DNA of 3,797 nucleotides from Giardia intestinalis (Eukaryota): NCBI GenBank assembly GCA_000002435.2, contig AACB03000034.1; one strand, 5' to 3'. Shown piece by piece: positions 1 to 3,797 of this stretch (position 1 is its first letter; each line of letters starts with the position of its first letter). The notes under the pieces were generated by a model. It saw only the letters and a program-made list of their open reading frames with translations, ran no database searches and was not told where the DNA came from. The position numbers and the translations under genes were made by a program.

Positions 1-44
1 GTGACAGTGGTAAGAAGCCCAACAAGGTGGTAGTGGGTGTTGAC
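1..44 (+). promoter_or_regulatory. Likely end of an upstream VSP unit (GTGAC, stop at 2-4) plus a short degenerate spacer
   Basis: ggtggtagtgggtgttgac (26-44) matches ggtgatagtgggtgataat (1602-1620) at 15 of 19 positions. All three frames are closed within 1-59. The start context gttgacATG resembles gtgtgatATG and agttgatATG. No AGTRAA is present here. Confidence 0.35.
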
Positions 45-562
45 ATGCTCTGTGGGTGATTGCAAGAGCTGTGTGGTGGACAATATATGTGGGAGTGTGT
101 TGATGGATTCTACTTTAAAGCTGGCGATGCACCCAGCTGTGTTAGCGCAGAGGCGTGTACTAATGAGGAGGGCTTCTTCATCGACGCTACCGAGAAGAAG
201 TGCACCGCGTGTGCAGATGATAATTGCGCTGTGTGCGTGGCCAAGGAGCAACAGAAGTGCAGCCTGTGTAAAACGTCTGGGACCAAGAAGTACCTGAAGA
301 AGGATGGCGAGTCCACAACCGGCACGTGCGTTGACACAGCTGGTTGTCCGGCAACCCACTACGTTGATGAAGAAGCAAAGGAGTGCAATACATGTGTGTC
401 GGCTGGAACAACTGACTGCACCACTTGTGAGAAAGGCGCCAACGGAGTGGTTTGTAAGACGTGTACGACTGATACGAAGACCATCTTTGGTCTCAACAGA
501 AAGTCGTGCGTTGCTAGTTGCCCTGCTAACTCTACCCCAAGGCCACCGGACAGGATAGCCAA

Positions 563-1483
563 GTGTGCGAGTGCAACGAAGGACTCCAACCTAATACTGA
601 ATCGACTGAATGCCAACCAATCAGTAACTGTAACACAGAGCACTGTTTGGAGTGCACCAGTGAAGGTGCCGATAAGGAGGTCTGTACAAAGTGTCTGTCT
701 GAGTACTACCTCACCCCAACCAGTCAATGCGTATCTGACTGCACGACCCTCAAGGGCTACTACGGAAATGACACTGACAGAAAGTGCAAGAAGTGCAACG
801 ATGCGTGCGTAGAGTGCAAGGGTGAGGGCGCTGATAAGTGTACGGCTTGTCCTGCTGGGAGGATGCTTCAGTATACAGATGCTGATACTCCTGCCAATGG
901 GGGCACGTGCATGAACCAGTGCAGCGTGAGTTCTACAAACGATGGATGCGCAGAGTGTGGGGCTCAGATAGGAGGAACTGCATACTGCTCAAAGTGCAAG
1001 AACACTCAACAGGCACCACTGGATGGCAACTGTGCGGCCAATACGCGAACACGATTTTGCACTACGGTGAGTAATGGAGCATGCACTCAATGTGAAAATA
1101 ACTACTTCCTCAAAGATGGCGGTTGCTATCAGACAGATAGACAGCCTGGCAAGCAAGTGTGTACTACAGTGCAGGGAGGAAAATGTACAAAATGTGCCAG
1201 TGGTCTAACGGCTGATAATGGCGATTGTTCCAATAAAAGGTGCCATCTTAGCTGCGAGACATGCACGGCTGCTAACGACGCTAACGCCTGTGCTACATGC
1301 AGCACTGGATATTACAAACCGCAGAGTGCTGGGACAAAGTGTAATCCGTGCTCTGAGGGGCTCGCTGGGTGCAGGCAGTGCACGGTGTCATCCACCGGTG
1401 CGTTCATGTGCTTCGTGATGGGCGACGGCACTGGCGACAACACCGGCGGAAGCGTCAACAAGAGCGGCTCTACTGGGCCATAG
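563..1483 (+). CDS. Largest open frame segment of unit 1 (VSP cysteine-rich ectodomain fragment, 306 aa ORF; the GTG start is an ORF-caller artefact)
   Basis: Supplied ORF 563..1483. CxxC repeats throughout, GGCY at 1118-1129, ends NKSGSTGP* just before the TM segment. Confidence 0.45.
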   Translation: MCECNEGLQPNTESTECQPISNCNTEHCLECTSEGADKEVCTKCLSEYYLTPTSQCVSDCTTLKGYYGNDTDRKCKKCNDACVECKGEGADKCTACPAGRMLQYTDADTPANGGTCMNQCSVSSTNDGCAECGAQIGGTAYCSKCKNTQQAPLDGNCAANTRTRFCTTVSNGACTQCENNYFLKDGGCYQTDRQPGKQVCTTVQGGKCTKCASGLTADNGDCSNKRCHLSCETCTAANDANACATCSTGYYKPQSAGTKCNPCSEGLAGCRQCTVSSTGAFMCFVMGDGTGDNTGGSVNKSGSTGP

Positions 1484-1485
1484 CA

Positions 1486-1568
1486 GGGATTCCGTGGCTG
1501 TGGTCGTTGTCGTGGGGGGCCTCGTGGGCTTCCTCTGCTGGTGGTTCGTGTGCAGGGGGAAGGCGTGA
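1486..1568 (+). other. C-terminal TM helix + CRGKA cytoplasmic tail + TGA stop of unit 1 (out of frame with ectodomain)
   Basis: Translates as ...[24 protein letters not shown]. Bases 1504-1590 are identical to 3424-3510. Confidence 0.8.
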
Positions 1569-1575
1569 CTTGGGT

Positions 1576-1582
1576 AGTGAAT
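1576..1582 (+). promoter_or_regulatory. Giardia polyadenylation signal AGTGAAT (AGTRAAY), 8 nt after the stop
   Basis: agtgaat at 1576-1582 directly downstream of TGA 1566-1568. Same spacing as in unit 2. Confidence 0.7.
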
Positions 1583-1594
1583 GCTGTACAATGT

Positions 1595-1645
1595 GTGATA
1601 TGGTGATAGTGGGTGATAATGGTGATGATAGTGGAGTGTGATATG
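1595..1645 (+). promoter_or_regulatory. Inter-unit spacer made of GTGATA/GGTGAT repeats running into the ATG (candidate promoter/initiator region)
   Basis: GTGATA at 1595, 1603, 1613 and 1638, GTGATG at 1622; gtgtgatATGcacaaagg. The core ggtgatagtgggtg (1602-1615) recurs at 26-39. Confidence 0.4.
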
Positions 1646-1970
1646 CACAAAGGCTGAGGGGGAGTGTGCACTGCTTGTAAAGCAGATAACGGCCTGTTCA
1701 AGAACCCAGTTACACCTCAGAAGCCTGGTAGTGAGTGCATCCTCTGTCATGATGTCAATGGGGCAGATGGATATACAGGGGTGGCTAACTGCGCACAGTG
1801 TACCAAGTCAGACAGTAGTCCAGGACCTGCCACGTGTACAGAGTGCCAAGATGGATACTACAAGAACTCTCAGACATGTGTCAATGTAATGAAGCTTGTC
1901 TGACCTGCGATGGAAGTGGTCAGAATCATTGTACATCGTGCCCAGAGGGGAAGTACCTGAAGAGTAATCA

Positions 1971-3341
1971 ATGTGTACAAGATACTGGATGCGATGGAAC
2001 ACTTATGCTGACCCGGAGTCGGGAACATGCAAGGCATGTAGTACGATACACGCAGAGTGCACGGCATGCTCCTTCGACAAGGCCACGGGGAAGCCGAAGT
2101 GCACTAACTGCGGGACCAATAAGACCCCCAGGACGGCCCTCGACGGGACATCGACCTGCGTGGCGAAGACGCTTGAAGGATGCGAGGGCGCTGACGAGGC
2201 CTTATTTATGAAGGAGGACAAAACGTGTGCTCTTTGTAGTGATGTGACAGATTCAACTCTTGGTAACGAAGGAAAGGCCAACTGCAAGACATGTACGAAA
2301 ACAGGAAGTGACAATCCAACCTGCTCAGCCTGTCTCGATGGATACTTCTTTGATAGTGGTACTAGTACATGTACAGACAAGTGTGGTGATAACTGTGCCA
2401 CATGCTCTGTTGCTGGTGATCCAAATAAGTGTGAAACCTGCAAGACTGGATACTTCTTAGTAACTACTACAGATCAACAGGGGAAGAAGTGCGTCCCATG
2501 CGATAGCGTAGACGATAAGGGTCGCGAAGGCTGCAGTGTCTGCTCTAACAACGGTGCTTTCAAGTGCACTGACTGTAAGCCTAACTATCGCAAGGAGGGC
2601 AGTACTGGCTCTGTCACATGCACCAAGATCTGTGAAGATGATACTGCCTGTGGAGGAACTTCTGGTGCCTGCGATGCAATAGTGATTGATGATAAGGGTG
2701 TAGAGCATCATTATTGCTCATACTGTGGAGAAGCTAATACGTATCCTATAGATGGGAAGTGTAATAGTGCTAAAGCAAATAATCAATGTGATCAAGGTGT
2801 ATGTACACAATGCACTAACAACTACTTCTTGTATATGGGAGGTTGTTACAAGGTTGATACAGTACCTGGACAACATATGTGCAAGACAGCAGCCAACGGT
2901 GTCTGTACTGCTGTTAATGCCAACAATAGGTACTTCATAGTCCCTGGGGCAACCAATCAGAATCAGTCTGTATTGGCATGTAGCAACTCCCTTGGCACAC
3001 TAGTAGGCACTGGTGATACCTCTAAGGCATATGTGGGGGTAGATGGCTGTTCGGCATGTACGGCCCCAGCAGCTCCATCTGAGACTGGTATGACTGCTGC
3101 TGTGTGTACAGCGTGTACCAACAACAACAAGCCCAACCTGGCTGGGAGCGGGTGCTTCGCATGTACCGTTGACGGATGCTCGCACTGTGGAGCAGGCGTA
3201 AGTGCGAGGCCTGTACCAGTAAAGACCAGAGGCCGAACACAGACGGAACGAAGTGCATCGCCTGCAATATCGACGGGTGCGTCAGGTGCAGCGAGGAGAA
3301 CAAGTGCGGCCAGTGTGGGACGACTACAGGCTGGAGGGTGA
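1971..3341 (+). CDS. Largest open frame segment of unit 2 (VSP cysteine-rich ectodomain fragment, 456 aa; its ATG is internal to the unit)
   Basis: Supplied ORF 1971..3341. CxxC-rich with a GGCY motif. The sequence before about 2000 and after about 3197 in this frame is non-VSP-like. Confidence 0.45.
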   Translation: MCTRYWMRWNTYADPESGTCKACSTIHAECTACSFDKATGKPKCTNCGTNKTPRTALDGTSTCVAKTLEGCEGADEALFMKEDKTCALCSDVTDSTLGNEGKANCKTCTKTGSDNPTCSACLDGYFFDSGTSTCTDKCGDNCATCSVAGDPNKCETCKTGYFLVTTTDQQGKKCVPCDSVDDKGREGCSVCSNNGAFKCTDCKPNYRKEGSTGSVTCTKICEDDTACGGTSGACDAIVIDDKGVEHHYCSYCGEANTYPIDGKCNSAKANNQCDQGVCTQCTNNYFLYMGGCYKVDTVPGQHMCKTAANGVCTAVNANNRYFIVPGATNQNQSVLACSNSLGTLVGTGDTSKAYVGVDGCSACTAPAAPSETGMTAAVCTACTNNNKPNLAGSGCFACTVDGCSHCGAGVSARPVPVKTRGRTQTERSASPAISTGASGAARRTSAASVGRLQAGG

Positions 3342-3399
3342 GGCGTGCGTGTCCACCAAGCCCAGCGGGGGCAACAGAAGCGGCCTCAGTACTGGTGCC

Positions 3400-3489
3400 A
3401 TAGCAGGGATCTCCGTGGCTGTCATCGCTGTCGTGGGGGGCCTCGTGGGCTTCCTCTGCTGGTGGTTCGTGTGCAGGGGGAAGGCGTGA
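3400..3489 (+). other. C-terminal TM helix + CRGKA tail + TGA stop of unit 2
   Basis: [30 protein letters not shown], with tgc 3472 ... tga 3487-3489. Confidence 0.85.
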
Positions 3490-3496
3490 CTTGGGT

Positions 3497-3503
3497 AGTG
3501 AAT
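3497..3503 (+). promoter_or_regulatory. Giardia polyadenylation signal AGTGAAT, 8 nt after the stop
   Basis: agtgaat at 3497-3503, in the same context as 1576-1582. Confidence 0.7.
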
Positions 3504-3516
3504 GCTGTACATATGT

Positions 3517-3555
3517 GTGATAGAGGGTGATAGATATGATAGTGGAGTTGATATG
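3517..3555 (+). promoter_or_regulatory. Inter-unit spacer of GTGATA/GATA repeats running into the ATG
   Basis: GTGATA at 3517 and 3527, then gatagatatgatagtgg, then agttgatATGcacaaagg. Confidence 0.4.
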
Positions 3556-3797
3556 CACAAAGGCCATAGTGGAGTGTGCACTGCTTGTAAGGCAGATAAC
3601 GGCCTGTTCAAGAACCCGGCTGCAACACCAGAGAAGGGTTAGCGAGTGCATCCTCTGTCATGATGTCAATGGGGCAGATGGATATACAGGGGTGGCTAAC
3701 TGCGCCACATGTACGGCACCAAGTGGTAGTCCAGGAGCGGCCACGTGTGATACCTGCAGAGATGGATACTATAAGAACGCTCAGACATGTGAGAAGT
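3553..3797 (+). pseudogene. VSP-family unit 3, 5' partial at window end; N-terminus paralogous to unit 2, one +1 frameshift
   Basis: ATG 3553 reads MHKGHSGVCTACKADNGLFKNPAATPEKG then hits TAG at 3640-3642. VSP reading resumes in frame 2 at 3644 (ECILCHDVNGADGYTGVANCATCTAPSGSPGAATCDTCRDGYYKNAQTCEK). About 80% aa identity to unit 2 residues 1658-1880. Confidence 0.7.

Larger units (their letters stand above)
45..1568 (+). pseudogene. VSP-family unit 1: cysteine-rich ectodomain, TM and CRGKA tail, with frame disruptions
   Basis: ATG at 45-47 is followed by ctc tgt ggg TGA (MLCG*). CxxC-rich reading continues in frame 0 from 60 to about 536 (ECVDGFYFKAGDAPSCVSAEAC...). There is a -1 shift at the C4 run 535-538 into frame 2, which runs 530-1483 and includes the GGCY motif at 1118-1129. 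Two 1-nt deletions near 1476 and 1490, relative to the paralogous tail at 3391-3420, put the TM + CRGKA (tgc 1551 ... tga 1566-1568) in a third frame. No signal peptide. Confidence 0.75.
1455..1885 (+). repeat. Conserved junction block, copy A (unit 3' end + spacer + next unit 5' end)
   Basis: Aligns with 3375-3797. It is 100% identical over 1504-1590 versus 3424-3510 and high identity elsewhere. Confidence 0.8.
1643..3489 (+). pseudogene. VSP-family unit 2: complete unit with premature stop and at least 4 frameshifts
   Basis: ATG 1643-1645 then cac aaa ggc TGA (MHKG*). VSP-like reading runs in frame 2 over 1658-1882 (GGVCTACKADNGLFKNP...QDGYYKNSQTCV), frame 1 over 1882-2001 ([39 protein letters not shown]), frame 0 over 1998-3197 ([13 protein letters not shown] ... 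GGCY at 2838-2849 ... CSHCGAG), frame 2 over 3200-3319 ([40 protein letters not shown]) and frame 1 over 3319-3489 ([56 protein letters not shown]). Confidence 0.8.
3375..3797 (+). repeat. Conserved junction block, copy B
   Basis: Paralogous to 1455-1885. Homology runs to the window end. Confidence 0.8.

Noticed and set aside
1369-1641. Plus-strand alternative-frame ORFs over the TM/tail region (1369..1641, 3345..3530, 1218..1418, 304..558, 37..297)
   Set aside because: They are out of frame with the VSP reading, give W/G/R/S-rich low-complexity translations, and their non-ATG starts were assigned by the ORF caller. They overlap better-supported VSP frames.
57-1657. Selenocysteine recoding of the codon-5 TGA
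   Set aside because: No SECIS-like structure is evident downstream, and there is no reason for Sec in a VSP N-terminus. Kept only as a readthrough question under findings.
1455-3510. Regularly spaced conserved repeats with variable sequence between them, superficially CRISPR-like
   Set aside because: The repeats are about 430-nt coding/UTR junction blocks of a eukaryotic gene family, and the so-called spacers are 1.5 kb Cys-rich coding cores. There are no short direct repeats of CRISPR type.
1481-3642. Alternative genetic code (TAA/TAG = Gln as in hexamitid diplomonads) to rescue the open frames
   Set aside because: The disruptions are frameshifts, not TAR codons, so reading TAG as Gln at 1481 or 3640 does not restore VSP-like sequence. 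Both genuine unit ends use TGA, and Giardia is known to use the standard code.
3022-3651. Long minus-strand ORFs (209 aa 3022..3651; 146 aa 2003..2443; 120 aa 1388..1750; 129 aa 1312..1701) antisense to the VSP units and spanning unit junctions
   Set aside because: They have low-complexity composition (H/P/T/S runs) and no recognisable domain. The two that span junctions look conserved only because the underlying junction DNA is duplicated. They are most likely frame artefacts of GC-rich antisense sequence, though antisense transcription itself is plausible in Giardia.
1-3797. Bacterial cysteine-rich repeat protein or operon interpretation
   Set aside because: No Shine-Dalgarno sequences or promoters of bacterial type. 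The AGTRAAY poly(A) signal, CRGKA tail and GGCY motifs are specific to Giardia VSPs.

Overview
This window is eukaryotic, not prokaryotic. It is a head-to-tail tandem array of Giardia variant-specific surface protein (VSP) family units, all on the + strand. The VSP call rests on dense CxxC cysteine-rich coding, GGCY motifs at 1118-1129 and 2838-2849, and two C-terminal TM domains ending in the VSP-specific tail CRGKA-TGA (...[19 protein letters not shown]) at 1551-1568 and 3472-3489. Each tail is followed 8 nt later by the Giardia poly(A) signal AGTGAAT (AGTRAAY). The window holds the last bases of an upstream unit (GTGAC at 1-5, stop at 2-4), two complete units (45..1568 and 1643..3489) and the 5' part of another (3553..end). 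Spacers are 39-74 nt and built from GTGATA / GGTGATAGTGG repeats that abut the ATG. None of the units is an intact gene as written. None has an N-terminal signal peptide. Two of the three ATGs are followed by an in-frame TGA at codon 5. The reading frame is broken by about 8 single-nucleotide indels, mostly 1-nt deletions. The result looks like an array of silent, decaying VSP cassettes with highly conserved ends and divergent cores, although uncorrected long-read indel errors could account for the frameshifts. I see no RNA genes, CRISPR array or transposon.
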